Of a DNA stretch of 64,000 nucleotides, positions 48,813 through 64,000 are shown one piece after another. The number at the start of each line of letters is the position of its first letter. Positions within the stretch are counted from its first letter, which is position 1. A model generated the notes under the pieces. That model was not told the DNA's origin, searched no databases, and saw only the letters and a program-made list of their open reading frames with translations. Location of the stretch: positions 124,001 through 188,000 of the forward strand of contig NIVC01001868.1 of the NCBI GenBank assembly GCA_002269645.1, given 5' to 3'. The stretch is from Macrostomum lignano. Taxonomy: Eukaryota. The translations under genes and the position numbers were made by a program.

Positions 48813-49361
48813 CTGAAGTCAAATGCGATCCAGTTCGTCACTGTAGTTTTTCACTGTCAGCTGTTTGAAATTTCTAATCTGCTCAAAGCTTCTCTTAGCT
48901 GAATGAAGTGCCGATCAGTGTAATTATTTCGTGGCCCCGGGCCTGAGCAGCGCGGCAGTTAAATATGAAATCGAGGCGGGGCGGCCTAGCGGGGTGTTTG
49001 AGCAGGGCAGGGGGGGGGGGGAGGCGGAGAAGCCGGTCCGGTTGGTTGGCTGTCAAATCGAGTCCCCAGTCTCAGTGAGCAGCTGCCGGCCCGCCCAAGT
49101 GCTCAGCCAGTCAGCCACCCCAACCCCTGCCAACTGCCGCCGGCCAACCCCAAATCCGCTGGCGCTTGTCTGCGCCGGACCGCCCAGGTCCCGCCCTCCA
49201 CTACTGAGCAGGTAAGGGTTGGGACCGCCAATAGGCGAACGGCTGGCCCAGTGCGACCGTCCAATTGGGTGGCCAGCTACCTTTCCCAGCCTCTCGATGC
49301 TGCAGCTAGGAATTGCGAACTAATAGGAACTTGGTATGGTATTCGCGCTTAGGGTAATAAA

Positions 49362-49617
49362 GTGAGTTCATGAGTAACTTTATGAGTAACTTTATGAGTG
49401 AGTTTATGAGTAAGTTTATTGGTGAGTTTATGACTGATTTTATCAGTAAGTTCATCAATGAGTTTATGAGATATTTTATGAGTGAGCTCATGAGTTCAAA
49501 AAGCCATGAGAACATATGTGAGTTCATGAGATCATGACTGAGTCCATGAGTGAGTAATGAGTTCATGAATGAGTTCATGAGACCATAAGAACGTGAGCGA
49601 GCTCATGAGTGAGTGAC
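49362..49617. repeat. Degenerate ~12 bp repeat (TGAGTTCATGAG-like)
   Basis: Many diverged TGAGTTC/TATGAG copies. Confidence 0.75.
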
Positions 49618-50510
49618 TGAAAGTGAGAGGGGTAAAGGGAAGAAACAGAAGAGAACAGAGGACCGGTGGCTCTCTGCAACAAAATTGCTTTTTTCTTGGG
49701 GGGGGGGGGGGCGGTGCGGGAACTAGCCAGCCTGTGTGATGCATGCCCTCTGCCTGAGACAACTGTTTATGAAAGACACAAATAGGATTGGCGGAGTGAA
49801 AGGGAGACGAGAAATTGAATGGGGTGCAAAGGGATCTGGGGGGGGGGAGGGGAAATGAAACGGGGGAGAAATATCCCTACAGTCTTACACACCTGGCAAA
49901 ACATTGAGCACGCCTATTTGGGAATACATGGCGCCTCATGTCGGGAGCAGTGCTGGCTGCTGGAGGGCGCCGTCAGATTGAGAAGCTGTGAAAAAGTCAC
50001 CATTTGGCAAGTGTGTGTCTGTGTGTATTGAGGCTCCGCAAAGATGCAGAAAAGGGGATTCTGGGAGGCAAACACTTCGCTGTCACTCCGACGTGGCCGA
50101 CCCGCCACTCCCCCCTCTTTCCCTCTCTCTCTGCTTTCGCTGTGCTTCTCGCTCTCATAAAATCCCCTTTCTCGCATTGCTGTACCCGCCCCTCACGCCG
50201 GTGCGCTGTCAGTTTTGGCAAAATGAAAATGGCAAGTGGAACAAAAACACAACACAATGATGAGGCGAGAGCTGTGCCGGTGCTGAAGGGGCTTCTGCAG
50301 CCGCTACCATGTTTTAGGATGGAGAAGGGGTTTGACTCCGCTGAATTTGATGCTGGAGACTGACAGACACGATGAGGCTGTTGGGGGGTGTGTGGGGCTA
50401 ATCACCCGTAGGGAGTCTGAGTCTGAGCTGACGGAGCTGATGCAGCTGCTATATGGAATCTAAGCATTACTATCTGAAATGCCTGACTTCTGTCTGCTTC
50501 CGAGTGCGCC

Positions 50511-51204
50511 GATAGCGACGGCTCACTGAAGGATCTGAGGTGGGATAGCGACGGCTCACTGAAGGATCTGAGGTGGGATAGCGACGGCTCACTGAAGGAT
50601 CTGAGGTAGGATAGCGACGGCTCACTGAAGGATCTGAGGTGGGATAGCGACGGCTCACTGAAGGATTTGAGGTGGGATAGCGACGGCTCACTGAAGGATC
50701 TGAGGTAGGATAGCGACGGCTTACTGAAGGATCTGAGGTGGGATAGCGACGGCTCACTGAAGGATCTGAGGTGGGATAGCGACGGCTCACTGAGGGATCT
50801 GAGGTGGGATAGCGACGGCTCACTGAAGGATCTGAGGTGCATGGGATAGCGACAGCTCACTGAAGGATCTGAGATGGGATAGCGACGGCTCACTAAAGGA
50901 TCTGAGGTGGGATAGCAATGGCTCACTAAAGGATCTGATGTGGGATAGCAATGGCTCACTGAAGGATCTGATGTGGGACAGCGACGGCTCACTGATGGAT
51001 CTGATGTGGGATAGCGGCGGCTCACTGAAGGATCTGATGTGGGATAGCGACGGCTCACTGAAGGATCTGAGGTGTGATAGCGACGGCTCACTGAAGGATC
51101 TGAGGTGGGATAGCAATGGCTCACTGAAGGATCTGATGTGGGACAGCGACGGCTCACTGAAGGAGCTGATGTGGGACAGCGACGGCTCACTGAAGGAGCT
51201 GAGG
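50511..51204. repeat. 33 bp minisatellite (GGGATAGCGACGGCTCACTGAAGGATCTGAGGT)
   Basis: About 21 tandem units. Confidence 0.97.
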
Positions 51205-53505
51205 GTATACAAGGGTTGAGAGAGGGAACATGAATGATGTCCAGACACATGTAAAGCAGTGATTAGAGTAAGGTAGCTTTTTATGTTTGAAAACTTCTCC
51301 CGATCCATGAGCTGTGTAGTGTTGTAAGCTCAACTGAAATGAAAATTAGCGCCCGTTTTTGAGGTGCACAGCCAGAAATAATGAGCTTTCTATGACACAT
51401 TGGAGTCAGGATTTAAAGTCCGAGTGTTAAAAAAGAAATGGCAGATTGATTGAATAGGATTAAGGTACGCATTACTGATTCACCTGTGGCCCTCCCGCAG
51501 AGCCGGCACAATCGGACTCATTAAGACTCAATTGAAGTTATTAACAATCAGTGTGGAAATTTTTTCTGCAGCTTCCGAGAGGGGTGTTTTTTCTGACTTC
51601 GCGCGCTCAATGCAGGGAGTTCAGACACCTGTAGAGCCAAACACAAAGGCTTGGATAATTTGACTGGGGGTGCTGCATCGGACGGGAGCAGATTACCGAT
51701 TTCCCCATGCAGTCTTTCACACTTGACCAGCTGATTTTGCCTGCTGGGCATTCGATTCTGTAATTCCTTCATTCAGATCCCTCCCAGTCAGATGCTCGCG
51801 TTAGGAGGGAGGGAGGGAGAATTCTCCCCAATCTGAGCAGATCATCGCTACAGATAGCTTTAGTGGGAAGTTTCCCTTCGCCTGCCAAATACAAAAGCAA
51901 AACCAGTTGGCAGTTTGCTCCTGCTACGTCTGCTTCTGCCACAATTCCTCCTCTCACTTTGACTTTAACAGCCCGCTATGAGCAATTAGGGAGCCACTGT
52001 GCGGAATTTCGTGCGCATTCTAGCTCACTGCTCAGACACCTGCAAGCCTATAGCGCAGTCACGCACAGTTTTGTATAAACTGCATTTTTTCAGCTCAGTG
52101 CAGTGTCTGTTATCTTATTTTTTTGTTCTCAAATTGGGGAACAGCATCTCCGTGGATGTGATAGAACTGCTTTATGCTATGCGACTTGTATAATCAATGG
52201 CTGAATATTACAAAGCCGCCCTCATTGTCGGGTCTTCAATGCTGTCGTCGTGTCGCAGAATTGAAGAAAACACATCTTGTTGACCCAGTTAAAATTGTCT
52301 TGATTATCATTATGCTGCATGGTCGTATATACGGGCTGAAGATGCTGTTGGCGTGTAACAAAGACCATCAGCTGAGTTATTGTAGGGGCCGCTGCAGCTT
52401 GATTACGAGCTAACTATAAAAACATATAGTGGCTTTCTGATTGCCAATCAATTCTCACTGAATCCCTTTCATTTGCGATACGAGGCGGGAGGGAAGGCTG
52501 GAAAGAAAACGGTACTTCAGAGAGGCCCTTGACAACCCAGCTAGACAAGCATGCAGAATCCCGTGTTGGCTTTATTAAGAATGACAACAGTTATTCTGTA
52601 GTGTGTCAGAGCGGGATAGCAACAGGGAGGGCAAAGCATCTGAGGAGACTCAGACTCCCGTGAGGTCACCGGCGGGGAGGGTAGTAAACGGCCCAGCGGG
52701 CGGTGACGCGCCCTCAGTAACAATTGAAAATTTGAAAAATCATGTCTGGTGCCTGTTTAAGCCGCAAGCTAACAATTACAAATCTATACTATATAACGGC
52801 TATATAAGGCAGGTAGACAAAACACTGACAGGTAGCTGCGGGAAGCTGAGGGACGCGTTAAAAACTCGACTTCCGCCGAGGGGGATGAGACCGGGCTGAG
52901 GGCCCGGCCAGCAACCGTGTGCAGCTTCTTTTTTAGACAGGCTGCATCGGAAATGGACAGTTCAGTATTCAATGCGAATAACGCATGGCTCTGGGAGCTG
53001 ACGGCTGCGCAAGGCTGAATAGAATATATTGGTAAGCGGAAGTATTTAGGCCTGCAGTGGCCCATGTGGTGCGACTATTGTGTGTGTGCCGGAATTGAAG
53101 GCTGCTTGCTTAATAATTCAGTTGAGAAATTCAATTCAAAGCTGTTCTGTGTGTGCGCGCCCCATACAGAGAGTGAGTGAGAGAGTGAATGAGCCACCAA
53201 CTATTTTGTTACTCTTTTGTCTGGCCCCATGGCTCAATAGTCTGGTTTGGGGGCTTCCGCACTCTCACTCATTGCTGTGCCACCTCATGGCCGCGCGAGG
53301 CAATTTAATGCTCTGTGTGTGTGAGTGGTGTGATTTTTTGTGCCCTTTGTACAACAGATGTATGGTTTATTGGGTTTGTGTCACAGTTCCTTCCTTCACC
53401 ACGCCTCAACCAGCTCGCTCTGCAGGTAGGCAGGAAGGCCGCCCTGTCCTTCAACTGCAACCCTTAGCTAAGAGCAGTCAGAGATGCTTATGCTAACTTT
53501 TGCTG

Positions 53506-54220
<715 letters not shown>

Positions 54221-55224
54221 CTTGATTTCACGCTGGCCCCAAAGCTATAATTTAATCCTCATTTATCTCTGTAATTCGATGGAGACAAAGGAGCTGGGGA
54301 TTAGGATCAGCTCTCACTGACTGGGAATCGAACTTCATTAGTCAATTGTATCGCAAGCAATCCAGTTATAAGCTACCAGTCGCTCTGTTGCTACAGCCGT
54401 TTAACTTTAATTACAACTTGCAGCCTGAGTAGCAACTAATCCGACCAAAGTGCTCAAACTCGCTGAGCGAAATGTAAGCAGCTACCCTTCCAGATGGGAA
54501 ATTTGCCTTATTGACTTATAGAACGCATCGGTGGACGAAAAATACTGAGAGACTGTATTATAGCTTGAGTAGATTAATAGTCGAACTTATACTACTATAA
54601 TATACTATTAAAGACTCAAACACATCCAGTTAAATCCCAGTGGCCGAAATAGTTGCATAGGTGCCAATAGAATCTGTGGATCCCGAGTCCCTAATTTCCT
54701 TTCCCGTGGGGTGGAGGGCATTCGTGTGGTATCCAGGCGACAATTTGTGCTGCCGTGCTAAAACGCTCCGACCCCCCGCTGGGTTTGTGAATTGCAACAA
54801 TAAAATTTGCTATTTTTTTCCTGAATTGCCAGCTTCCGCCAATTGCTTTCGAGTGGCTTCTGAGAAGGTGTCAAACTGCTCTCCGGTTGTCGAGCGATGA
54901 AGCCGAATTGGCATTTTGGGGGGGGGGGTGAAGGCATGGACCCTGCCTGGCAACTTGCACAGCATCGCCACTGAGTGAGTGAAAAGTGAATTTTATCGGC
55001 TCTTCACTTCTCGAACAAAACAATTGTGCCAGCCATTTTCACGTTTTTAGTTGGATTTTTTTATAAATCCTTTTCTCACTTTCGAATTCCCACCCTGCCT
55101 CTCTGTGAGAATCCATTGCCCGAATGAGGGCTCTGCGTCTGTCAAGTGCAGTGCACTTTAAAAAGCTTAAAAATTATAATTCTTTGAACTCTTAGTGCAG
55201 GATGAGCAAATCTTGTTTAGAAAA

Positions 55225-55592
55225 GTTTCTTTAATGGGCGATTTTCCTAGGCAGAGATTCTTTGATTGGCGATTTTCCTAGGCAGAGATTGATGGGCGAT
55301 TTTCGTTAGCAGAGATTCTCTGATTTGTGATTTTCTTTTTGGGGGGAGATTCTTTAATGGGTGATCTTCATATGCATAGCTTCTTTGATGGGCGATTTTC
55401 CTAGGCAGATGTTCTTTAATGGGCGATTTTTCTAAACAGAGATTCTTTGATGGGTGATTTTCCTAGGCAGAGATTCTTTGATGGGTGATTTTCCTAGGCA
55501 GAGATTCTTTGATGGGCGATTTTCCTTTTCGGGGGAGATTCTTTGATGGGCGATTTTCCTTTTCGGGGGAGATTCTTTGCTGGGCGATTTTC
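55225..55592. repeat. Degenerate ~31 bp tandem repeat (GATGGGCGATTTTCCTAGGCAGAGATTCTTT)
   Basis: About 11 diverged copies. Confidence 0.85.
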
Positions 55593-58531
55593 TTGGGAGA
55601 CTTTAAAATGGACTAATTTTATGCAATGACTTTATAAAAATGCATCAATTTCGGTATGAAGTCTCTAGTGGACTGACTGCAGACAATCGCTTGGCACAAG
55701 AATGCCATCGCACAGAGAAAGAGAGAGAGAGAGAGAGAGAGTTGTCGAGCAGAGTCCACACTGAAAGCTGCTGTCAGCCATGCCAGATGAGCTCCGAGCG
55801 GCCCTTCAATGGCGTTTAAAAATAGCGCAAAAGTTAAAAAAACAGAAGAAGAGGCTGCAGGCTGCCACATCCGCCTGCAGAACCGCCCGGCGTGTGCAGC
55901 CCAGCTTCCTGTGCGCTAATGAAAGCCGCTGCAGCCTGCAGTGTCCGGGATATCATTGGTAACACCTGCTGGTTTTTGGGAGGAGCAGATCGGCGGACAC
56001 ACGGGAAACCAGAGCCGCATGGGCTTTAGAGGGAGTTTGCGGCATTTCCTGATCACAGAATGGTCGGGTCCGGCCGCCCTGTGAGACACAGAAGAAGCAG
56101 CTAGGGACCCGGGACCTTTGAGAATGACTGAGACAAGAGGTATGGGGTAGTCAACTGTCGCACAGAGCCTCCACAAACGAAGCGCCTGTAGTGCAGAAAT
56201 TCTGCCAGAAACTCATGTGAATGCAAAGTGAAAATTGTTTTTTTCCTAATCCCGAAACGTTCCCGGTTTCCTGTTGCGCGCGATCTGCTCCGCGCTTTCC
56301 TTCCGATTCACGCATTAAAAAGCAGCAGCAGGGAGAGTAGGGGGAGCAGGACTCAGCAGGAGCCCCGGCAACAGGGGATGAGAAGGGGTGAGATCTAGTT
56401 CGCTAACAATCGCTGCTGATCAAAAGTTGCAGACTTTCAGTCGCCGACAAAAACCAGTTGATCAGAGGTTTTTTATATTAAGCTGTTGGCTATTGGGAAA
56501 TGATGTGTAAAGACGCGCTAAGCAGAATGGCTGACTTGGTAGTGAGGCTGGACTGCATTGGCATCATTGTTTGCCCAGCAACACGGCCTCGGCGGCCGGT
56601 TGGCGCCTGGCGCAGCTTCCTGACGACCGTCTGACGCCGTCAAGTGGCTCGCTAGGCCCCGTGGACATCAACGACTCTGACAAGCTGACGAACAATGGCT
56701 AAAGACAGCAAACACAATCGGAATAAATGGATCGAATCGCTGCTTTCACTCTTTATTGGGAGGGGGAGACATGAATGACAGGTGCAGCTCTGAAGCAGAT
56801 GAGGCATGCAGACAAAGAAAATTGCATCTGAGGCAAAAATACACCGGACGCCCAGGTGGCAATAAAAGACGTCGAGTCAATAAGCAATAATCTGCTTCAG
56901 CGCTGCTGCCACCGCTGCCGCTGCCGGCGCGAGCAATGGCGTGGAATGCGGTGAAAATATTTGAGCACAGGAAAAGCGATGATCTGCGAGCCCTTTTTGT
57001 TCGCGACCTCGGCTACAAAGGCGACAGGGAATTTCGGGCCTTTGTGATCATAACCCCACCTTGATCTTGCTAATACAGAACCAGGTGCGCACAGAGAGAG
57101 AGAGAGTGAACTGCCCAGGCATTTCCGCAATTCCGGGAGACCTCCCCCTATTCGCTTTCTGTTTCAAAGCCAATTTGCGTCTCTGGAACAGCCTCGCGGC
57201 TTCTGTTCGCCTCCTGTCGGAGAGGAAGCTGACTGGCTGGGGGCTGAAAGGCAACAACTTTCGAGGAAATTTCTCTCGCGGTTGAAGAGCTTGAAGAGCC
57301 GCCAGCTAAAGGGATTTTCTTGTGAAGAAGACAAGGCAGAGGTGCTCTCTTGTGTTCGCCTTGTTCTCGTGCTCGTGCGTGCGAAAACTCGGACAGTCCC
57401 TCAGCCCCGAGCAGATTCGTGTTGTCTGCTGTAGAGCCCTCGGGGCACCGAGCACGCCATGATGCAGTGATTCCTTCCTGAGCACCCGGCCTCGCCTTCT
57501 GAAACCGGCATCATCATGGGATTGTGTGTGTGAGACAGACTCAGAAGGCGTGGCTCTAGTTCAATTGAAGGGCTCTAGTTCATCTGTCGCATTCTGCGAG
57601 CCTCGCCGTTGAGATGTCGTGACTCTCGGTGACCTTCAGTTTTTAATTACCGCCGCAGGTTCCCCTGAAGCGCGTCAAACTTCAAGGTGGGCGGAGCCCA
57701 GCTCAGCCTCCGGAATAACGCCGCGGTCTTGCTTGATGAAGCTTGTTGAAAACAGCTATACCTTGATAACAATGAGCGGTCCCATTCATGGCCTGCAGGT
57801 TGTGAATAGATGACAACAATGAGAAGCTGAGCCCGGAGGGGGATGGGTTCGATCGAATTCTCAGGGTTCCCGGTAACACGACACTGCACACTTGGGGAAT
57901 TTTTATTAAATATATTGCTACGTCGATTAACTTCATGAAGGCTGACAAAGTGAGGAAATATGAAAATCGGGCGGCCCTACCAAATACCTGGCATGGTTCT
58001 CAGAGTGACCCTACAATAGAGAAGCCAGTGCTCCAGTTTTCTATCACACTTGGAGCAGCAATGTCTGGGTCATGCTTTTTTCTTCTACCCAAAACTTCAT
58101 TGAAATCCTTCACACAGTTGGCCGCGTGCCCCAGTATTGTGAGCTAAAACAAGAAGGCTGAATTGCCGAGGAACGCAGCAGGCCAGCAATATTGAGCAAC
58201 TACTCATAAATAGGGAAGCCCCGCAGATGCGCATCGGGGGGGGGGGGCTGGCCGAAGTTCAGGCCGTTCCGCTGGCCCCAATGAGAAGCGAACTTGAATG
58301 AGAAAGCTAAGCAGCTGAGGTCGTCACAACAACACCCCGCTGCTCACCGTTGGAGTGGCCCGGATTCTGGAATCCATCATCAGTCTTGCGGTCTGGCGTT
58401 CCGATGAGTTGTGGAGACTGCAAGCTGCTGTTTGATGACCTCATACTCTTAGGGCTTATTTTGGTCTCTCATACACACACAGAGAACGCATTGAAATCTG
58501 CAGTAATTGGTGCAAGCAAGCATCATGTACA

Positions 58532-58764
58532 GTCACAAGTGAGCATGGTCAATTGCGCATGGTCACAAGTGCGCATGGTCACAAGTGCGCATGGTCACAA
58601 GTGAGCATGGTCGCAAGTGCGCATTGGTCACAAGTGCGCATGGTCACAAGTGCGCATGGTCACAAGTGAGCATGGTCACAAGTGCGCATGGTCACAAGTG
58701 CGCATTGGTCACAAGTGCGCATGGTCACAAGTGCGCATGGTCACAAGTGAGCATGGTCACAAGT
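58532..58764. repeat. 16 bp minisatellite (AAGTGCGCATGGTCAC)
   Basis: About 14 tandem units. Confidence 0.95.
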
Positions 58765-59744
58765 TTCTATCCTTACTACATCATGTTCGCACTGCAGAAT
58801 TTGCACAAAAACAAATCCCAGCTATAGAAGTCTTCAGGCTCAATTTCTCCCCCTATTGAATAACTTTCCCCAATAGCTCATTTCTGGCGCAAAGACATTA
58901 GGAGAAAAATCCTCAAGAGCTGCAAGACCTGGCAGTGCTCTGGCAGTTTTGCTTTCTTTTCAAGCCCGACGCACCAATTCAAGCCCGACCTCTCGTATCG
59001 GTTGATTCCATCACGGTGCAGCCTGTGAACCCAGCTCTCTCCTTTGTTCACCGACTTCTCTTCCCCCCAACCATGCAGTTCCTGCTTCCCCTGTCAAGTC
59101 AGCGCCTTCTCACAGCGGGAGGCCTGACATTGGGATACTCTAGCCCCCGCGCGCCTCACTTTCTCCCCATCGTGGCTCGCATACAGCTGTCCCCGCAGCG
59201 CAGCAAAGCGGCCATCCTGCCAGGAACAGCCGCCCTCCCCAACTACCTACTTTTTTAAACACAACACTATCAGCTCTTGTCTGAGCTGTGCGCGTCTTTT
59301 TAAAGCAAACAGCAGCAGAAGCAACAACAACAGCAGCAGCAGCAGCAGCCCCGGTCAGGGGGAGTTGCAGGGGGACAATGGCCAGCAGACGCGCGCTGGG
59401 GAAAAAACTCCCCAAGCAAGATTTGTCACAATTTTGCAATGCTTTCCCATGCAGCCTCAAACTGATGCAGGATCCGGCAGCTAAATCCAGAGTCCTCCGT
59501 CTGGACTGAGCAACAACTCAATTTCTTCTGCATGGATTACTCAGAGCTTTGCGCAGAATTCAATTCACTTTTGTTAGCTGAGCAATTCAGGATTTCATTT
59601 TTTTCATTTCGGTTGTAAAACCAACGCGCATTGCATTACATTGGCTTAGTGACTGGTGTCTGCTTAGACTGCAACATATGCAGTGAAAATTGCAATTTAT
59701 TTAGATTTCTAGTATTTGATCCTATAGGAACTTGGCAGCGTCTG

Positions 59745-61050
59745 TGTACAGCTGGTTTGACAGCCTTTGTACAGCTGGTTTGAAAGCCTTTGTACAGCTG
59801 GTTTGACAGCCTTTGTACAGCTGGTTTGACAGCCTTTGTACAGCTGGTTTGACAGCCTTTGTACAGCTGATTTGACAGCCTTTGTACTTTGTACAGCTGG
59901 TTTGACAGCCTTTGTACAGCTGGTTTGATAGTCTTTGTACAGCTGGTTTGACAGCCTTTGTACAGCTGGTTTGACAGCCTTTGTACAGCTGGTTTGACAG
60001 CCTTTGTACAGCTGGTTTGACAGCCTTTGTACAGCTGGTTTGACAGCCTTTGTACAGCTGGTTTGACAGCCTTTGTACAGCTGGTTTGATAGTCTTTGTA
60101 CAGCTGGTTTGACAGCCTTTGTACAGCTGGTTTGACAGTCTTTGTACAGCTGGTTTGACAGCCTTTGTACAGCTGGTTTGACAGCCTTTGTACAGCTGGT
60201 TTGACAGTCTTTGTACAGCTGATTTGACAGCCTTTGTACAGCTGATTTGACAGCCTTTGTACAGCTGGTTTGACAGCCTTTGTACAGCTGATTTGACAGC
60301 CTTTGTACTTTGTACAGCTGGTTTGACAGCCTTTGTACAGCTGGTTTGATAGTCTTTGTACAGCTGGTTTGGCAGCCTTTGTACAGCTGGTTTGACAGCC
60401 TTTGTACAGCTGGTTTGACAGCCTTTGTACAGCTGGTTTGACAGCCTTTGTACAGCTGATTTGACAGCCTTTGTACAGCTGGTTTGACAGCCTTTGTACA
60501 GCTGATTTGACAGCCTTTGTACAGCTGATTTGACAGCCTTTGTACAGCTGGTTTGACAGCCTTTGTACAGCTGATTTGACAGCCTTTGTACTTTGTACAG
60601 CTGGTTTGACAGCCTTTGTACAGCTGGTTTGATAGTCTTTGTACAGCTGGTTTGACAGCCTTTGTACAGCTGGTTTGACAGCCTTTGTACAGCTGGTTTG
60701 ACAGCCTTTGTACAGCTGGTTTGACAGCCTTTGTACAGCTGATTTGACAGCCTTTGTACAGCTGGTTTGACAGTCTTTGTACAGCTGATTTGACAGTCTT
60801 TGTACAGCTGATTTGACAGCCTTTGTACAGCTGGTTTGACAGCCTTTGTACAGCTGATTTGACAGCCTTTGTACAGCTGGTTTGACAGCCTTTGTACAGC
60901 TGGTTTGACAGTCTTTGTACAGCTGATTTGACAGCCTTTGTACAGCTGGTTTGATAGCCTTTGTACAGCTGGTTTGATAGCCTTTGTACAGCTGGTGTGA
61001 CAGCCTTTGTACAGATGGTTTGACAGTCTTTATACAGCTAGTTTGACAAC
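59745..61050. repeat. 23 bp minisatellite (TACAGCTGGTTTGACAGCCTTTG)
   Basis: About 55 tandem units. Confidence 0.97.
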
Positions 61051-63423
61051 CTCCATACTGCTAGTTGACAGTTTCTGTATGTGTTTCAATCTCTTTACAG
61101 CTGGTGTGACAGCCTCCCGTAGATTTGGAAGTATTATGTTCTGAAAATGGCCGCATTCTCTTCTGTACAGCTTACTTTAGACAGTCTTAAAATTACCTAA
61201 AAATGAGCTGAACAATAGAAGTCATTAAATCAATCAAACAATCAAATAAGACAGTAGGTTATAATATGATTGCGCCATTAAAGATCTCGGTAGCATACAA
61301 AATACATAGTAGAGATATACAGGAATTGAAGAGCCAGAAGCCACAGACAGACATATAGTTAGTGCAAGCGGTTCTGCTCTGTTGGGCTTGATAAAACTGG
61401 CAGGAGCACTCGGAGCGGAACCACCTGCGGAGAGAGAGAGCGTGAATTAAATATAAAAGTGCGTAGACGAACAGCGAAAGCCTATAGTGAAGGCGGGATT
61501 GAAAGGCGACCATGCAGCCACCCTCAGAGTTTGAATATTGCATGCGGCGGCGCAGATTTTCATTTGATTCTGCGGCGATTGACCGATGGCCACCTTAATG
61601 ACAGTCGGTCTCAGCGGGGGGGGGGGCTGTCGGACCGAGGCGGAGATTAAAAATTGCTCTGAGCAAGGGAACAATCGAAATTATTTGAGGGAAATGGAAG
61701 TGGAAGCGGAGCGGTGTCCCAGCGGAGTCAGCGGGAGCTGTCACGCGCTCTCGGCGAAGTCGCAGAGGAGTTGGCAGCAGGAAGCCGAGCTGTTTCATTT
61801 TCTATTCGCACCTCATCTCCCGGAGCTCATCCGCTCCCGCCCTATCTGGGGATGTCCCGCATCCTTTTCTTTGGCCGGCGCCTTAGACGTGATCGTGTTT
61901 GGGAAGAAAGAATTGAGCTCAAGTCGACCGGAGGCGGCGGGAGGCCTCGCGGGTGGCAACCGGGATGCCGGCTCGGCGCCAGCTAATGGCATCCGAGAGT
62001 GTCTGCGTGTTTTTTGACTGACCCGCGAGTTGCAGAAGCAGCAACTGCGGAAATGCCGGGCTCTCAGTGGCGAGAGAATCTTTCAGTTCAGCTGACTGGC
62101 TGGCCTGGCCTGCAAAGCTTTTCAATGCAGATGCTGAATTAGCTGGCAATGCTGGTGCTAGCACTGGCTCATACTCCATCATCCTGTGCCTGTCTGTCTG
62201 CCTGCTTGCCTGTCTGTCTGCCTGCCCGTCTGTCTGTCTTTCTGTCTGCCTTATTTCAAACTCATCAAATACTTCACATAGACTATCTCAGATCTCCCTT
62301 TCACGAGCGAGCTTTCAGTTGTCAAACGCGGCACATTTAAAATACGGCTGTTTTCTGAATATGTACATGTACGCTCATATTCCGCTGATCAGCGACAACA
62401 AATTAAGAAGATCAACATTGTGCAAGCTACAGCGCCCTTCTAACAGCTTACGCAACAAATTCATGATGACGACAGTTGGTTAACGATTCGGCCGCTACAA
62501 ATCAATGGGAACACACTGAAGATGTGTTCAACATCACAGAAGACAGCTAGTCTAGTTTTGCCAGTCTCCATGGCCCGGCCCGGAGACCCCATGCTGGCAA
62601 GCCGCACTTGCCCGACTGTGTCGCCTCGAGGCTCAAAAAGATCGACGTGGATTTTCGACGAGAGTTGAGCACAGGAATGAGATGACGGATCCCCGGTAGC
62701 ATAGCAGACTTTTAATGAAGAGGCCCACTAGTGAGTGGGAGGCTGGAAGAGGATTCCAGAGTGAAGCCAGCGAGAGAGAGAGAGTCGACCCTCAAGTGAT
62801 GCCGCGCCTTTGCTGCCAGGTGTGAAGTAGGTGCGTGCTTATATGCCCGAATGAGTGAGTGATGCAACAGTGAATGAAGAGGCCGAGCCGGGGCTCTAGG
62901 ATGTGGAGAAGAGAGGCTGTGATTTACGTTACAGACTCGCTCCACTTGACCACATGGCTGTCGGTTGGTTGAGACGCAGGGCAGGGGAAAGGAGAGGCTG
63001 CAGGGCTTGCCTAATCAGCCAGCTCGCTGGCAGGCCGAGCCGCAGCCAGGCAGACTCATTAGTTCCAGAGTCTTGTGACGCCGCCAAGGCCTCTTTAACA
63101 TGCGCGCCCGGCCGGCAAAGCAAAAAAGAGCGGAATTTCCCTGTCTGTGCCCGCAAGGAAAAAATCTACCGTGTGCCACTTACCTACCCCCCTAACCTGC
63201 TTCTACCGCCGGCAACTCAAAACTGTTTCGAGCTTGTTTTTTGCATGCTTTTAGAGGAAACTGGCGTCTTGCTTTCTTAGATGCGTCCGTCTTTGAAGGC
63301 TTTTGCCCAGATTTCTAGCAAAGCGATTTTCGAGATAAAGAGTATGATAAATATTTATCTTAGGTCCTAAAGCTGCAATCCTAAGCTAAGAATACTACAG
63401 TGGATCACCATATTGGGTGTTCG

Positions 63424-63915
63424 AGTGTCAGAGGCGCCATTTTTAACTTCTTGTGGCGCCATGTTGAGTGTCAACGGCGCCATTTTTGACTTCTTGAGGC
63501 ACCATGTTGGGTGTCACAGGCGCCATTTTTGACTTCTTGAGGCGATATATTGGTTGTCAGAGGCGCCATTTTTGACTTCTTGAGGCACCATGTTGGGTGT
63601 CACAGGCGCCATTTTTGACTTCTTGAGGCGCCATGTTGGGTGTCACAGGCGCCATTTTTGACTTCTTGAGGCGCCATGTTGGGTGTCACAGGCGCCATTT
63701 TTGACTTCTTGAGGCACCATGTTGGGTGTCACAGGCGCCATTTTTGACTTCTTGAGGCGCCATGTTGGGTGTCACAGGCGCCATTTTTGACTTCTTGAGG
63801 CGCCATGTTGGGTGTCACAGGCGCCATTTTTGACTTCTTGAGGCGCCATGTTGGGTGTCCCAGGCGCCATTTTTGACTTCTTGAGGCACCATGTTGGGTG
63901 TCACAGGCCCCATTT
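63424..63915. repeat. 43 bp minisatellite made of two GGCGCCAT-headed subunits
   Basis: GGCGCCATTTTTGACTTCTTGA-GGCGCCATGTTGGGTGTCACA, about 11 units. Confidence 0.95.
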
Positions 63916-64000
63916 TGGTTGCTAGAGGCAACTTTCATCCAAAGCTGGTAAGAACTCTGTTTGCATTGTGACGGTCAAATTGATACATGAACGGTGTGAA

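Noticed and set aside
54321-54378. tRNA/SINE-like A box and B box (TAGCTTATAACTGG...GTTCGATTCC) on the minus strand
   Set aside because: Spacing is plausible, but no cloverleaf stems, tail or TSD could be found.
59745-61050. CRISPR-like appearance of regular short repeats (this and other arrays)
   Set aside because: Units are head-to-tail with no unique spacers, there are no cas genes, and the context is eukaryotic.

Overview
Repeat-rich, intron-containing animal genomic DNA. The style (GC-rich low-complexity exons, many 16-48 bp minisatellites) suggests a Macrostomum-type flatworm, but this is inference only. Two host genes can be fully reconstructed: an SHB/SHD/SHE/SHF-family SH2 adaptor (+ strand, 3 coding exons, 539 aa) and a Fezf/earmuff zinc-finger transcription factor (- strand, 4 coding exons, 799 aa). 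Mobile elements are an intact, very young Ty3/Gypsy (Mag-like) LTR retrotransposon in intron 2 of the SH2 gene, a near-intact single-ORF Ingi/I-group LINE (APE-RT-RNaseH), a decayed second LINE and a decayed Mag-like integrase. There are about 17 tandem arrays. Four observations stand out. (1) Each LTR has three perfect heat-shock elements just upstream of its TATA box, a candidate heat-activated animal retrotransposon. (2) An HDV-like ribozyme fold sits exactly at the 5' end of the LINE, with a uORF that starts inside it and whose stop overlaps the main AUG. (3) A ubiquitin C-terminal motif VLRLRGG lies in frame just ahead of the endonuclease of the decayed LINE. (4) A 1.9 kb block has no CpG at all, and its foldback arms differ at inferred former CpG sites.
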